DNA from: a virus
Taxonomy: Duplodnaviria; Caudoviricetes
DNA: 64,000 bases
Strand: one strand, 5' to 3'
Virus record (IMG/VR): IMGVR_UViG_3300032227_000993
Part shown: positions 23,909 through 34,215 of the stretch, in pieces
Layout: every line of letters starts with the position of its first letter
How positions within the stretch are numbered: the stretch's first letter is position 1
Made by a program: the position numbers and the translations under genes
The notes under the pieces: generated by a model
Told to the model about the DNA's origin: nothing
The model's input: only the letters and a program-made list of their open reading frames with translations
Databases searched by the model: none

Positions 23909-25009
23909 TTAATTTGTTTCCCATCCTACCGCATACGCTTGGTCAACCACTTTACTCGAACATTTTTGTCCGCATTCGACCCACGTTTTTGTAGGATCGG
24001 TGAAGCCGTTGCTACATTTGCTCCATAACGGATCATTGATAATTTCCTCAAACGATCTGTTGTTTAAATTCATTGTATCTCTATGTTTGGCAAAAAAACT
24101 ATCTTGCCAGTTGATTGTTTTATCATCGTAGGTTAAACTTGTGTAAGGAAAACTAGTCCAAGAACACGGAAAAATCACACCCTCGGCATTGACATACACA
24201 CCGCGATTTCCAATTTCACATAGTGGAATAATAGGAGCATCTTTGTATTCTTCTTTAATTTTGTAATACTGTTTTTTGTTGTGTTCTAGATAATCTACAT
24301 TATCTTGTACTCGCCCGCTGATATTAACAACTTCTCTTTCATAACGATGAGTAGAACTGATAAACTCGGGCCTAGGCTCTAACGGATCTGTGTCGCCACC
24401 GTATCCTCCGTACACGCTGCCAAATTTTGTACTACGAGTCCATTGAACAGCATCCATGTCTAACGCACGAGCTTGATCAACAATGTTGTCTAAGTGATCT
24501 TGATTAAAACTAAAAATAATTGTGGCCCACGCTAAAAACACATCTTTATTAACTTCGCGAACTGCTTTGATACCAGAGATAATACTGTCAAAATTACTAT
24601 TAATTCGATACAAGTTATTACTAGCATCATCGTACCCATCAATGCTAAAGTTAATTGTATCTCGATCGTTGAGTACCGATGCTAATTCACGCCACCATTC
24701 GGGCTTTTTGTAACTGCCGTTGGTTATTGTAAAAATATGAATATTAGGATTAACTGATTTGATGTATCTACAGATCTCAATGTATTCTTTACAATAGATA
24801 GGATCGCCCACATCACCACACATGGTAACACGCTTGACATGATTTGTTAACATATCTACTGTAAAAAACTTTTTTACAAACTCCAAAGTCATATTTTTAT
24901 TAAGCCACGGAGTGTCAGGATGTTCAACTCGAGGACATCTTGGACATTTTAATGCGCACACAGCACTTGGTTCCAAGTGCCAATGATAGAATTGCCAGTT
25001 TATTGCCAT
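23909..25009 (-). CDS. Radical SAM protein with SPASM/Twitch-like C-terminus
   Basis: CALKCPRC (CxxxCxxC), GDVGDP, TNGS, C-terminal C...V--EG-IFPC...C...C--KC. Confidence 0.88.
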   Translation of the reverse strand: MAINWQFYHWHLEPSAVCALKCPRCPRVEHPDTPWLNKNMTLEFVKKFFTVDMLTNHVKRVTMCGDVGDPIYCKEYIEICRYIKSVNPNIHIFTITNGSYKKPEWWRELASVLNDRDTINFSIDGYDDASNNLYRINSNFDSIISGIKAVREVNKDVFLAWATIIFSFNQDHLDNIVDQARALDMDAVQWTRSTKFGSVYGGYGGDTDPLEPRPEFISSTHRYEREVVNISGRVQDNVDYLEHNKKQYYKIKEEYKDAPIIPLCEIGNRGVYVNAEGVIFPCSWTSFPYTSLTYDDKTINWQDSFFAKHRDTMNLNNRSFEEIINDPLWSKCSNGFTDPTKTWVECGQKCSSKVVDQAYAVGWETN

Positions 25010-25521
25010 AAGTCTACTCGCTTGATGTGTGGTTTGGACATGGTTTGAATAACTTCCTTGGCAACAAACTCCGCAGACATTTTTTTAACATCCAAATGAG
25101 CAATCATCTGTGTGTCAATGGCACCAGGATTAATCAATTTAATATCACATTTACCTAGCTTAACAAATTTAGTAAAGGCCTGTTGTAACGCAGATTTGTG
25201 AATACGATAACTCATGTATTCATATTCTTTTTCTTTCTCGATGCGAGTGTAATCAACAATAGAACTACCAATATTGATGATTTGTTTTTTAGGATCATCC
25301 TGCCAAGCATAAAAAAACTGTTCTAAAACAGTGACTTGCGCCCACTGATCGTAGGCACAGTTAACGCAAACATCATAATGATAAAAATTAGGACCCCAAG
25401 ACTTGACATTGTGTATGTCGTGACCTGTAGCACGACTAATTTGTGTAACTGTATGAGCTTGCTCTAGCTGGTTGGCTAAGGCCTGAGCAAGTCCAGAGAT
25501 ACCGGTTATTAAAATATTCAT
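25000..25521 (-). CDS. Short-chain dehydrogenase/reductase (SDR)
   Basis: ILITG-SGLAQAL Rossmann start, NCA, IINIGS, YRIHK (YxxxK), INPGAIDT. Confidence 0.8.
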   Translation of the reverse strand: MNILITGISGLAQALANQLEQAHTVTQISRATGHDIHNVKSWGPNFYHYDVCVNCAYDQWAQVTVLEQFFYAWQDDPKKQIINIGSSIVDYTRIEKEKEYEYMSYRIHKSALQQAFTKFVKLGKCDIKLINPGAIDTQMIAHLDVKKMSAEFVAKEVIQTMSKPHIKRVDLWQ

Positions 25522-26144
25522 TTTAAATCTGTCAAAATTTGTAAAAACTTCTTGGGCTTGTCGTTAAACAAGTGATAATTATCGCTGCTATGAAACAATT
25601 CTCTTTTAAAAATAGTAGCATCACCTTGATGCCACTCTTGTCCTACATATTTTAAACTAAGAAACAATCGGTCATCGTTCCAACAATGCGATAAATTTTT
25701 ATTCCAAAAATCTAAGTCTACAGGATGTTCAACAGGCGGATTGTTTTCTTTGTAAATGTAAAAATCATTGTAGTCAGCAGTTTGATCAAAAAAGATAGTA
25801 CGGCTTTTGTAATCCTCAAACGGAATTAATAAACTGTACCACGGTTTACTTCCTTTAACTTCACGAATGTAGTCGCAGTGAATATCCCACGGCAAAAATA
25901 ATTCAACATAATCTACTTCGATAACTGTGTGCTCACCTAAAATGTCATACATTTTATCTTTTAAAATGTCAGCCAGCTGATCTGTGTCATTCCAAGTATG
26001 CCAACTTTGCGTAGCCACCAATCGGTCAGCAAATTTTCCCTCTTTAGCAACATATTCTTCCTGCGGCCAAGATAAAGCAATGCTGTGTAAGTCGGCCAAC
26101 TGGTCCTTAGACAACCAATTAGTCAGTTCGTAGATGTCTTTCAT
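25518..26144 (-). CDS. Putative 2OG-Fe(II) oxygenase-like protein
   Basis: IHCD (HxD) and distal FHSS His; DSBH-like pattern LLIP...TIFF...W--GD-TIF. Confidence 0.5.
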   Translation of the reverse strand: MKDIYELTNWLSKDQLADLHSIALSWPQEEYVAKEGKFADRLVATQSWHTWNDTDQLADILKDKMYDILGEHTVIEVDYVELFLPWDIHCDYIREVKGSKPWYSLLIPFEDYKSRTIFFDQTADYNDFYIYKENNPPVEHPVDLDFWNKNLSHCWNDDRLFLSLKYVGQEWHQGDATIFKRELFHSSDNYHLFNDKPKKFLQILTDLK

Positions 26145-27628
26145 GCTGTTTCCTTCAACATTACACTAAACTTTTTCTTATCTAACAATGTAGATTTCTC
26201 GGCCAAGGTCTTCAACACCAATAATTCTTCACGTACTCTGGGCATAGGATAACCTAGTTTAACACATAACTCATGTATCTCCAACCTTCGTTTTATTCGT
26301 TCTCGCAAGGTGTTATTGTTACAAGACCAACTGTACAAACTGTCAAACTTGATGGTGTCATTTAAGTCAATACCTAGATCAGTAACCATACTCATGATAG
26401 GAGTATGCTCATACAAGTGCATGGTGATGCCCCAGCGAATCATAAAGATAGTACCAGAGTCAGCATATTTTTTGTATCTGATAAGAGCATTGATGTTTTC
26501 TTGATGATCATACTCAGATTCAGTAGGATATCCCACTATCATTAATAAAATGTTAGGAATACCCCAACGAGCACATTGTTCAAAGTGATAATCAATATCT
26601 GAATTGGAAAATTTCTTCTTCATATGATTACGAATATCGTTACTAAAACTTTCAATGCCAGTGATAAGCATACTACAACCAGCCAAGTGCATTAATTCGT
26701 AGGTGATTTCTTTTTGATGTTCAGCCGGTCTACAAATAAACTGTCCTTGATAACGAATGGGTTGTAATTCAGGATGTTTTTGTTTTTCATTGTACAGTAA
26801 CTCGTTGAATTTGTTGAAATTACTAACACTACCGTTGATTAAGCTATCGGTAAATTCAAATTCGGTAATACCATATTCATAAAAATGTTTTTTAATTTCA
26901 TCAACAACACTTTGAGCATCTCTGTAACGAAACTTGGGCCAAGTCAGTTCAATATCACAAAATGTGCATTGTCTTACGCATCCGCGGCTGCCTGTAATTA
27001 GAATTTTTTTATTTTGATATCTACTCATATCAAAATATTCGTATGTAGGAATAGGCAACACATTTAAGTCTTCGATTTGAATAGGATTGTTATTGTTTAT
27101 TCCATTGTAAGGCAATTCTTTTTTGAGCAACTTGTCTAGTGTAATTTCGCCTTCACCAAAGATAACATAGTGAGATAATTTGTGTTTTAGTAAATATTCA
27201 CCAAATATTTCTTTGTTACTGGCACTGGTATCTGTAGATACTCCTGAGCCGCCGGTGACGCTGGGTACATCGCAAACTTCAGAATACCAATCTAATACTT
27301 TAGTGGCAATTTTATTACTCCAGTAGCTGAATACACTAAAACAAACATATTCGGTTTCAGAATTGACTTTGCTAGCCAGTTGATTAACAAAGACATTTTT
27401 TAATTTTTCTTCCAGGCCTGGATTTAACTCTTCTGTAGCAAAAGAGCACCACGCTTCTAAATTTTCCCACTCGGTATCAGACAACGCATCTAATAGATCC
27501 AAATTGTAATCAAATATAGTAACATCGTATCCGTTGTTTTTTGCTATGCTTGATAAAATAGCCAAAGCACCAGGAGGAAAATTAGTTTCCACCTTGGGTA
27601 GCGAAACAAGCACAATGTTTTTCATCAA
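26141..27628 (-). CDS. B12-binding-type radical SAM protein
   Basis: N-terminal P--LAILSS...SVFSY...GG-G...GEGE domain, SRGCVRQCTFC, FTDSLING, GIESFS, MIVGYPTE. Confidence 0.88.
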   Translation of the reverse strand: MMKNIVLVSLPKVETNFPPGALAILSSIAKNNGYDVTIFDYNLDLLDALSDTEWENLEAWCSFATEELNPGLEEKLKNVFVNQLASKVNSETEYVCFSVFSYWSNKIATKVLDWYSEVCDVPSVTGGSGVSTDTSASNKEIFGEYLLKHKLSHYVIFGEGEITLDKLLKKELPYNGINNNNPIQIEDLNVLPIPTYEYFDMSRYQNKKILITGSRGCVRQCTFCDIELTWPKFRYRDAQSVVDEIKKHFYEYGITEFEFTDSLINGSVSNFNKFNELLYNEKQKHPELQPIRYQGQFICRPAEHQKEITYELMHLAGCSMLITGIESFSNDIRNHMKKKFSNSDIDYHFEQCARWGIPNILLMIVGYPTESEYDHQENINALIRYKKYADSGTIFMIRWGITMHLYEHTPIMSMVTDLGIDLNDTIKFDSLYSWSCNNNTLRERIKRRLEIHELCVKLGYPMPRVREELLVLKTLAEKSTLLDKKKFSVMLKETA

Positions 27629-28035
27629 TTGATTAATTTTTTAATTTCGTTTACTATTTCTGGATGAAGATTATCTACACCAATGTATTTGTCGTAGAAA
27701 TGTTCAACATTTTTTTGCTCTTCAGGCAAAGAATCAATCCGCCCTTGAATATCTTTGTTGCGATAATCTTGAAAAAAGTTATTGCTAATTGTAAATTGTA
27801 TTTTGTGATCTTGAAGTAAAATGTTAGCAAGCCAATAATCAACCATGATGTTATTGTATCTAACAATAGGCTTTATTTTATGTGGCTTAAACTCAACCGC
27901 AATGTCAACAGGCAATGCATCGTCAAAGGTAACTACAATGTTACTAGTAGCATATTCTTCTTTGACTAAGCTATTATTTATAAAAACTTTGACAAATTCA
28001 AAATTGTTGATGTCGGCCACTTCTAAACTGTTCAT
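27625..28035 (-). CDS. Hypothetical protein
   Basis: 136-aa ORF overlapping both neighbours by 4 nt. Confidence 0.6.
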   Translation of the reverse strand: MNSLEVADINNFEFVKVFINNSLVKEEYATSNIVVTFDDALPVDIAVEFKPHKIKPIVRYNNIMVDYWLANILLQDHKIQFTISNNFFQDYRNKDIQGRIDSLPEEQKNVEHFYDKYIGVDNLHPEIVNEIKKLIN

Positions 28036-29795
28036 GCCACCTCAATATCTGTGTTGTAACTAGTAAATCCACCTTCCTTTACAACCTTTAGTATGTTTTC
28101 CACCCGACCAGCCAACTCATCTCTATGTGAAACAAGCCATATCGACTTATGTCGTTCACGTGACATCTGCTTTAATAATGCCAATGCTGACTCAACACCC
28201 TGCGTATCTAACCCGTTGTCAATCATCTCGTCAATAAACAACACGTTGATAGGTGTGTAAAGCGATTCAAACACATCTCTAAATGCCCATGCCATACTTA
28301 GTATCAATCTATTGCGTTCACCTCTGGACAGATTATCAAAGTCCAACTCACGACCCAGTTCTTCAATACTAACAGTCAAGTCATTTTGGAATACTACAGT
28401 ATGCGGAAGACCAATACGATCTAAGTAATGTGTTAAGCGAGCGTTCAAGTAAGATAAGTTCTGCTCAATAATCTTTTTACGAATAAACGAATCCTTGCTT
28501 GTTAACAATTTAAGTAGGAACTCTTGATGTTCTTGTAAACGAGTCAGCTCGTTTAGTTGATCGTAAGTAACCTCTTCTACGGCTTGTGTTTGCATGTCCG
28601 TGATTTGCTCGGCATATGGATCCACTTCGGCAGTTTTATCTTCTAACTGCTTTTGTAAGTTAGCCAAGGTGGCACGATGTTGAATAGCCTGCTCTTCCTT
28701 ATCATAAAACATTTTAGGAGGCTTGCCTAACGTGCCCAGGGCGTCGTGGGCATCCTGTAGGCTTGCCAGTCCAATAGCATATTCTTCGCAACTCGCTCTA
28801 GCCGTTGCCAGTTCGCTCTTCTTGCCCGCCATGACCTGTTCGTGCTTCTGGTCGTGAAAGGCTTGACCGCACGTATGGCAGGTATGTGATTTGAGAGTTT
28901 CGATTTCCTTTTCCAACTTAGCCACAGTTTTAGCTTCACGGGCTTGGTCCAGTTTCCCCCTGCTGATTGCAGACGCAAAATCGTTGATATCTTTACGTTT
29001 CTGATCCCATAAGGTGTGCGCTTTGTGAGCCTCAATCTCCGCATCAATGTCGATCTCTTGTAGTGTCGCCAGCGCGGTCGTAATTTTAGTTTTCTCTTCT
29101 TCATTTTTCGTGACCCACAAAGTTTGTCTACGTTTTAATGCTTCGATCTGTTCTTCGATGCGCTTGTTAGCATCTTGTACAGCACGAATTCTAAATTCTT
29201 CTTTGGTAATATCATCCTTGGTAGTGCGATTAAGTTCTTTAATCTTATCAGCACGTTCACTCAGCATGGTAATACCCAACAACTGTTCAATGATAGTTCT
29301 TTGATCGTTGGCCTTTAACGACAAAAACGGTTCAGTGTAGGTATTCAACGCCATGATATGCTTGAACATATCATGACTCATGCCCAGTATGTCCTCAACG
29401 GCGTCTTGTGTTTCGCGACTGTCGCCTTGTGCGTTGTCTGTGCTTTCTGTTTCTGTGTTGTTTACATAAAACTTTAAGATGTTAGGTTTGCGACCACGTT
29501 CAATTTTGTAATCTACATTGCCAACACTAAAGTCTAACGACACCAACATATTCTTACCGTTAGTTTTATTAACCAAATTATCCTTGCGGATGTTGCTTAA
29601 TGCTGTGCCATACATGGCATAGCTCAACGCATTGATTATGGTAGTTTTACCAGTGCCATTGCGGCTACCGTCGCCGCCTAAGTCTAAGTTTTCACCTAAC
29701 ACCAGAGTAAGGTCTTTTCGGTCAAAGTCAATGGCTTGAGTGGAGTTGCCCACACTCATAAAATTCTTTACGGTTAACTTCTTTATATTGATCAT
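28032..29795 (-). CDS. gp46: Recombination endonuclease ATPase subunit (gp46/SbcC/Rad50-like)
   Basis: NGTGKTT Walker A, CHTC zinc hook, LSRGE signature, LFIDE Walker B, VSHR. Confidence 0.95.
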   Translation of the reverse strand: MINIKKLTVKNFMSVGNSTQAIDFDRKDLTLVLGENLDLGGDGSRNGTGKTTIINALSYAMYGTALSNIRKDNLVNKTNGKNMLVSLDFSVGNVDYKIERGRKPNILKFYVNNTETESTDNAQGDSRETQDAVEDILGMSHDMFKHIMALNTYTEPFLSLKANDQRTIIEQLLGITMLSERADKIKELNRTTKDDITKEEFRIRAVQDANKRIEEQIEALKRRQTLWVTKNEEEKTKITTALATLQEIDIDAEIEAHKAHTLWDQKRKDINDFASAISRGKLDQAREAKTVAKLEKEIETLKSHTCHTCGQAFHDQKHEQVMAGKKSELATARASCEEYAIGLASLQDAHDALGTLGKPPKMFYDKEEQAIQHRATLANLQKQLEDKTAEVDPYAEQITDMQTQAVEEVTYDQLNELTRLQEHQEFLLKLLTSKDSFIRKKIIEQNLSYLNARLTHYLDRIGLPHTVVFQNDLTVSIEELGRELDFDNLSRGERNRLILSMAWAFRDVFESLYTPINVLFIDEMIDNGLDTQGVESALALLKQMSRERHKSIWLVSHRDELAGRVENILKVVKEGGFTSYNTDIEVA

Positions 29796-30559
29796 ATAGG
29801 TTTGTTTTTCATAGCCTCTTTGTGACTATTGTACAGAGTATTTTCTATTTTTCCTAGCTGTTCGGTTGAATACCACTCCAAATCTACTCTAGGCATTATG
29901 TACTGTTTGATAAAATCAAAGTGTATCAGCGGACAAGGTTGAACATAGGTTTTAAGATCCACATCAGCATACTTACTGTAGTATCTAAAATTCTCCATGC
30001 CTCTGTATTCTTGGTGCCATAGCCAATTGTTGTTGTTTATGTCCATGTCTTTCAAAAACGGTAAACAATATGTTAATAAAAATTTAAAAGATTTATTCTT
30101 TTTTTCCAACAACATGGTAGCATAATCTATGTACATCTTTGTTCTATTTTGATGTTGCTGATATGAAATAAATTTGTTATGATATTCTTGAACGAATTCG
30201 TTTTTGCTGGCACTACTAATCCAGTAACTATTATTTTTTATTGACAACACGTTTTCATTGTAAACGGGATCTTTGTCAATTTGCTCCTGCCAAAAAGTTT
30301 TAATATCTGGTGCGTGTTTTAATAATAAATCTAACCGATTGACTTGAGTCCACTGGAACAAAATCACATCAGCAGAGTCAATGTGTGCCCGTAAGCACTC
30401 GGTCATGTATTCGTTGCCGGCCCCATACCTAGACAGATTAGTTAAGTTAACATTTGCAGCCATTTGTTGTACCAGTTCTGGCCACTTGATGTAATTTCTA
30501 TACCACGGCGGAGTTGCGTTGCTATCACCAAACCCATCAGCAATAGTTAATAAATTCAT
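29792..30559 (-). CDS. SGNH/GDSL-hydrolase-like protein
   Basis: GFGDS block and NLSRYGAGN block followed by ILFQWT--NRLD. Confidence 0.45.
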   Translation of the reverse strand: MNLLTIADGFGDSNATPPWYRNYIKWPELVQQMAANVNLTNLSRYGAGNEYMTECLRAHIDSADVILFQWTQVNRLDLLLKHAPDIKTFWQEQIDKDPVYNENVLSIKNNSYWISSASKNEFVQEYHNKFISYQQHQNRTKMYIDYATMLLEKKNKSFKFLLTYCLPFLKDMDINNNNWLWHQEYRGMENFRYYSKYADVDLKTYVQPCPLIHFDFIKQYIMPRVDLEWYSTEQLGKIENTLYNSHKEAMKNKPI

Positions 30560-31386
30560 AATACTCCTTGGTCAATTAACCAGTGTCGTATTTGATTGGT
30601 ATCATTAAAAAAGTCTGGCATTTTGGTATGCTCAACTTCAATGTTGTATGTTAACCAAATATAATAATAAACAACAGCTTGTGTCCATACATCAGTTATG
30701 TGTGACAGTAAAAAATTTTCATCACGCTTAATGTACTCCATAATTTTCTGTGCCTGCAACACAGGATCAATGTAAAGTTTATTGGCACGGTACCACTCTT
30801 GATGTGTAGCACTAAAATCAGTTAACTTGATGCCAGCAGATTCAATCCTTGATTTAAAAATATCATAATCAACAATTTCTGCTATGTCTATGTTTACGCA
30901 ATCATCTTCAGGATTCCACAAGCTTCGAGTAGGATGATGTTTTAAAAAATAGAGAAATTTTTGTCGCTTGCCCCAATCCTGGTCGGTCCAATACAAATTT
31001 TTTAGGCAATGTTCTTCTAACGAAGATCTCATGGCTTTCACAATCATGGTGTGTATTCCAATAGGAAACGACCACTTGCTGTATGTAACTTTTAGAACTG
31101 TAGACTTAGGAATAAATGTTTTGAATTTTTTAGATTGAGAAGGCGCTCCGTTGTCAATCAGCACACAGTGATTTCTATTCGGATCAAATTTGTAGTCGTA
31201 GCGGTCAGGATCAAACTTCCATTTTGGAGCCACCGGACTAAAGGCATGGCTATTGCCATCCTTGGCAAAAGCCAAATCGGTCAACGGTCTGGTAAAATTA
31301 TCACCGTACAACGAAATTACAGCAGAGATGTAATGGCCAAATCCGCCACTGGGATACCAGATACAATAAATGTTATTCATGTGCAA
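30556..31386 (-). CDS. Hypothetical enzyme (possible sulfotransferase-like P-loop fold); paralogue of 32381-33172
   Basis: YCIWYPSGGFGHYI N-terminal loop; clear similarity to the upstream paralogue. Confidence 0.45.
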   Translation of the reverse strand: MHMNNIYCIWYPSGGFGHYISAVISLYGDNFTRPLTDLAFAKDGNSHAFSPVAPKWKFDPDRYDYKFDPNRNHCVLIDNGAPSQSKKFKTFIPKSTVLKVTYSKWSFPIGIHTMIVKAMRSSLEEHCLKNLYWTDQDWGKRQKFLYFLKHHPTRSLWNPEDDCVNIDIAEIVDYDIFKSRIESAGIKLTDFSATHQEWYRANKLYIDPVLQAQKIMEYIKRDENFLLSHITDVWTQAVVYYYIWLTYNIEVEHTKMPDFFNDTNQIRHWLIDQGVL

Positions 31387-31942
31387 CTTTAAAGATTATC
31401 TCTAACAGCGGATTATTTGTTGTGACATCATAAGAAAATTTTTCCACAATGTAACCGCTGACCTGTAGATTATGTAGGTTGTGTATGCGATCTGTAAGTC
31501 GGTTGTCATCAATAAAAGTAGGATTGACTCGGAAAATTATGCGTTCAGGATTGCACAAACTGCTAATATCTGATAGTGTTTTACTGAATTCTTCAACTGT
31601 TAGATATCTTAAAAAACTTGATCTATCAAAAACCAATGTGGATTTTTCTACAGTAATTTGCGGCCACATAGGTTCAACTCCAGGTTTTGAAACAAACGTG
31701 TAATCGTACATATTGGGCTCATCTTTAAATCTTGTGGTGGCCCAGAAGTTTTTTTCAACACTGGTGATATTAGAATTTGGAAATAATCTTTTGTAATACC
31801 ATCCGCAACAATCAAAAATCACAAATCTAGCACCAGGATAGCTGCTTAAATTAACTAAATTATTTATTGTGTCAAACTGTTGTCTATAGGCCTGTTGATA
31901 GAATGCCAAATGATTTTCAGAAATGTATTTAGGGGCTAGCAC
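31373..31942 (-). CDS. Hypothetical protein (possible degenerate methyltransferase fold)
   Basis: 189-aa ORF in the coupled operon; weak VIFDCCGW...TSVE pattern only. Confidence 0.45.
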   Translation of the reverse strand: MLAPKYISENHLAFYQQAYRQQFDTINNLVNLSSYPGARFVIFDCCGWYYKRLFPNSNITSVEKNFWATTRFKDEPNMYDYTFVSKPGVEPMWPQITVEKSTLVFDRSSFLRYLTVEEFSKTLSDISSLCNPERIIFRVNPTFIDDNRLTDRIHNLHNLQVSGYIVEKFSYDVTTNNPLLEIIFKVAHE

Positions 31943-32384
31943 GTTGACAATGTATCCATGTTAAAGGTTGAACAAAATTAAAAGCGGTTCCAAGGTCGTT
32001 ATCATAAGTTCCTTGGTTTACTAAATTAAAATCTTGCGGTATGGCATATTGTTTTACCGCTGAAAGAATGTTGGCTCCTGCGCTGGATTCACTGCTGATA
32101 CTATTTTTTGTATCGTTGCCCAGCAAGTAATATCTATTTATACCAATGTACACTTCATTAATATTATTGGTAATGTGTTGGGCACACAATTTTACAATAT
32201 CTGAAAACCATACATGATGATTAATAATTAGAACTAAACAATTGGAGTTGGCATCTATGTTTAACATGGCTTTAAACTCCTCATCCGGCCCGACAAAATT
32301 TACCGGCCGTTGGCCAAAGATATTTAAAATAATTTTATCTTGATCGCAAGTGCCATCTTTAAGTTGTACGGTACGCCAGGTCAT
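31929..32384 (-). CDS. Hypothetical protein
   Basis: 151-aa ORF in the coupled operon. Confidence 0.55.
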   Translation of the reverse strand: MTWRTVQLKDGTCDQDKIILNIFGQRPVNFVGPDEEFKAMLNIDANSNCLVLIINHHVWFSDIVKLCAQHITNNINEVYIGINRYYLLGNDTKNSISSESSAGANILSAVKQYAIPQDFNLVNQGTYDNDLGTAFNFVQPLTWIHCQRASP

Positions 32385-33172
32385 TGACTGTTACTCCAAT
32401 CTACAATTTGTTGTGTGTTGGTAAAAAACGTGTTTGGCAAAGTAATACTAGGATATTCTAAACTTAAGTAAAATAATGTAATGGCCTGAGTCAACGGATC
32501 TTGTATTTGTAGATCTCGTAGGTTGTGATTCTTCACATCGCCGACTACTTGCTTTGCTATTTCTAAAGGCATTAAATACACAGCATTTGCTGCGTACCAG
32601 CTATCCCATAATGTTTTAAAATCAGATAATACAATACCAAAAGATTCCAACTGGTCTTTAAATCTATTATATTCAAACAAATCTGATATTTCTAAATTTA
32701 AACAGTCGGGATCAGGCTTGTAATAATTTCTAATCTTGCTATCTAACAATACATCTAAATAATTTGTTCTCAAGGTGTCGATATCATCAGTATCTAACAA
32801 CTTGTAGTGTTCTACAATAGATTTTCTCATGGCCTTAATGGCATACGTTTGCATAACTAGAGGCCAACTTTGATCGTTGTAACAAATTTTTATTATTGTT
32901 GCGCCTGGAAAGAAACTTTTCCATTTGATATCAGGATTTCCTATTCCGTTATCAATTAATACAATATCGTTGATATCAGGATCAAACTTGTAATTGTAGT
33001 GGCCTTGGCTGTGCATGTATTTTGGTGCGGTTGTTAAATACTGATGACTACGGCCCTCCGAATCAAAATTTAAAACAGAATTTGTTCGTTTAAAATTATC
33101 GCCATGCAAACTCAGTACTGCGTTGATGTAGTGGCCAAATCCACCGCTGGGATACCATACACAATAAATCAT
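32381..33172 (-). CDS. Hypothetical enzyme; paralogue of 30556-31386
   Basis: YCVWYPSGGFGHYINAVLSLHGDNF, VLIDNG and KAMRKS shared with the paralogue. Confidence 0.45.
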   Translation of the reverse strand: MIYCVWYPSGGFGHYINAVLSLHGDNFKRTNSVLNFDSEGRSHQYLTTAPKYMHSQGHYNYKFDPDINDIVLIDNGIGNPDIKWKSFFPGATIIKICYNDQSWPLVMQTYAIKAMRKSIVEHYKLLDTDDIDTLRTNYLDVLLDSKIRNYYKPDPDCLNLEISDLFEYNRFKDQLESFGIVLSDFKTLWDSWYAANAVYLMPLEIAKQVVGDVKNHNLRDLQIQDPLTQAITLFYLSLEYPSITLPNTFFTNTQQIVDWSNSQ

Positions 33173-34185
33173 AAGCTCTGATAAATTTTTAATAACAACG
33201 CATTATCGTAAAAATCTGAAGCAATATTGGTAAGTTGATCAGTAACAATTTGATCTACCGATTCAAAATGGACCTCGCCTGGCGCCAAATCAAACTCTAC
33301 ATCAGTTTTCTTTGCTGGAATCAACGCCATCTCACGTAGATTGTAATCTCGAATAAATGTTTCTTTGATGTAGTTGGCTTCTTCGTAGCTGATATCGATG
33401 TCTAGCTCAACACGCACGTGCATGTTGGGCTTAAAGATACTGGCACCATGATCGATGGCTTCACTTAACTTCATTACACGATACAAGGGTTGGCCAGGCC
33501 AGGCAAAATACTCTTCAGGCTTGCCCCACTCTAGTACCATCATGCCTCGAGCTTCGTCGCTGGCATCAGCAAAGTTATGTGGGAAACAGTTGCCAATGTA
33601 GGTAATGTTTCCTTTGTGTTGTCGCATATGAAAATGCCCCGAAAACACTTTTTCAATTCCAGTAAATTGTTCAATAGTAACTTCGCCGTGATCCGGCATG
33701 GCCACACGAGCATTCATTAAAAAGTGTGGAAGCTCAAAATGTCCAAACATATACTTACAGGACATTTTGCTTAATTTTTTATGATCGTCGCCTACCAGCC
33801 AAGGAGCAATAATACAATCGCCGCTATGAAACCAATCATTGACAATAACAATATTAGGTAAATGCTTGGCCCATTCAGCCCCATGGATGTCACGTTTATC
33901 ACGATAGTACAAGTCGTGATTACCAGGAATAAAATAAAACTTATCAAAAGCAGCACTTAGTTTCTCCAGGGCTTGTACGCTGAACTGTAGCGTTTGTAAA
34001 TTGATGCTGGCACGATGGTTGTGCCAATCGCCAAGAAACATACCGGTTTCGCAACCTTCTTCCTTGGCCTTGGCAATAAACCAGTCAATAAATTGTTCAC
34101 AATCACGATTGTGGACCAAACTATTACTTTTAAGTCCCCAATGAATGTCTGTACAAACTGCTACCTTACGGAATAAATTCGTCAT
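33169..34185 (-). CDS. gp47: Recombination endonuclease nuclease subunit (gp47/SbcD/Mre11-like)
   Basis: TDIHWG, LGDWH, GNHD, GHFE and GHFH metallophosphoesterase motifs. Confidence 0.95.
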   Translation of the reverse strand: MTNLFRKVAVCTDIHWGLKSNSLVHNRDCEQFIDWFIAKAKEEGCETGMFLGDWHNHRASINLQTLQFSVQALEKLSAAFDKFYFIPGNHDLYYRDKRDIHGAEWAKHLPNIVIVNDWFHSGDCIIAPWLVGDDHKKLSKMSCKYMFGHFELPHFLMNARVAMPDHGEVTIEQFTGIEKVFSGHFHMRQHKGNITYIGNCFPHNFADASDEARGMMVLEWGKPEEYFAWPGQPLYRVMKLSEAIDHGASIFKPNMHVRVELDIDISYEEANYIKETFIRDYNLREMALIPAKKTDVEFDLAPGEVHFESVDQIVTDQLTNIASDFYDNALLLKIYQSL

Positions 34186-34215
34186 ATCGCTTATTGTATA
34201 CTATTGTTTTGGGTT

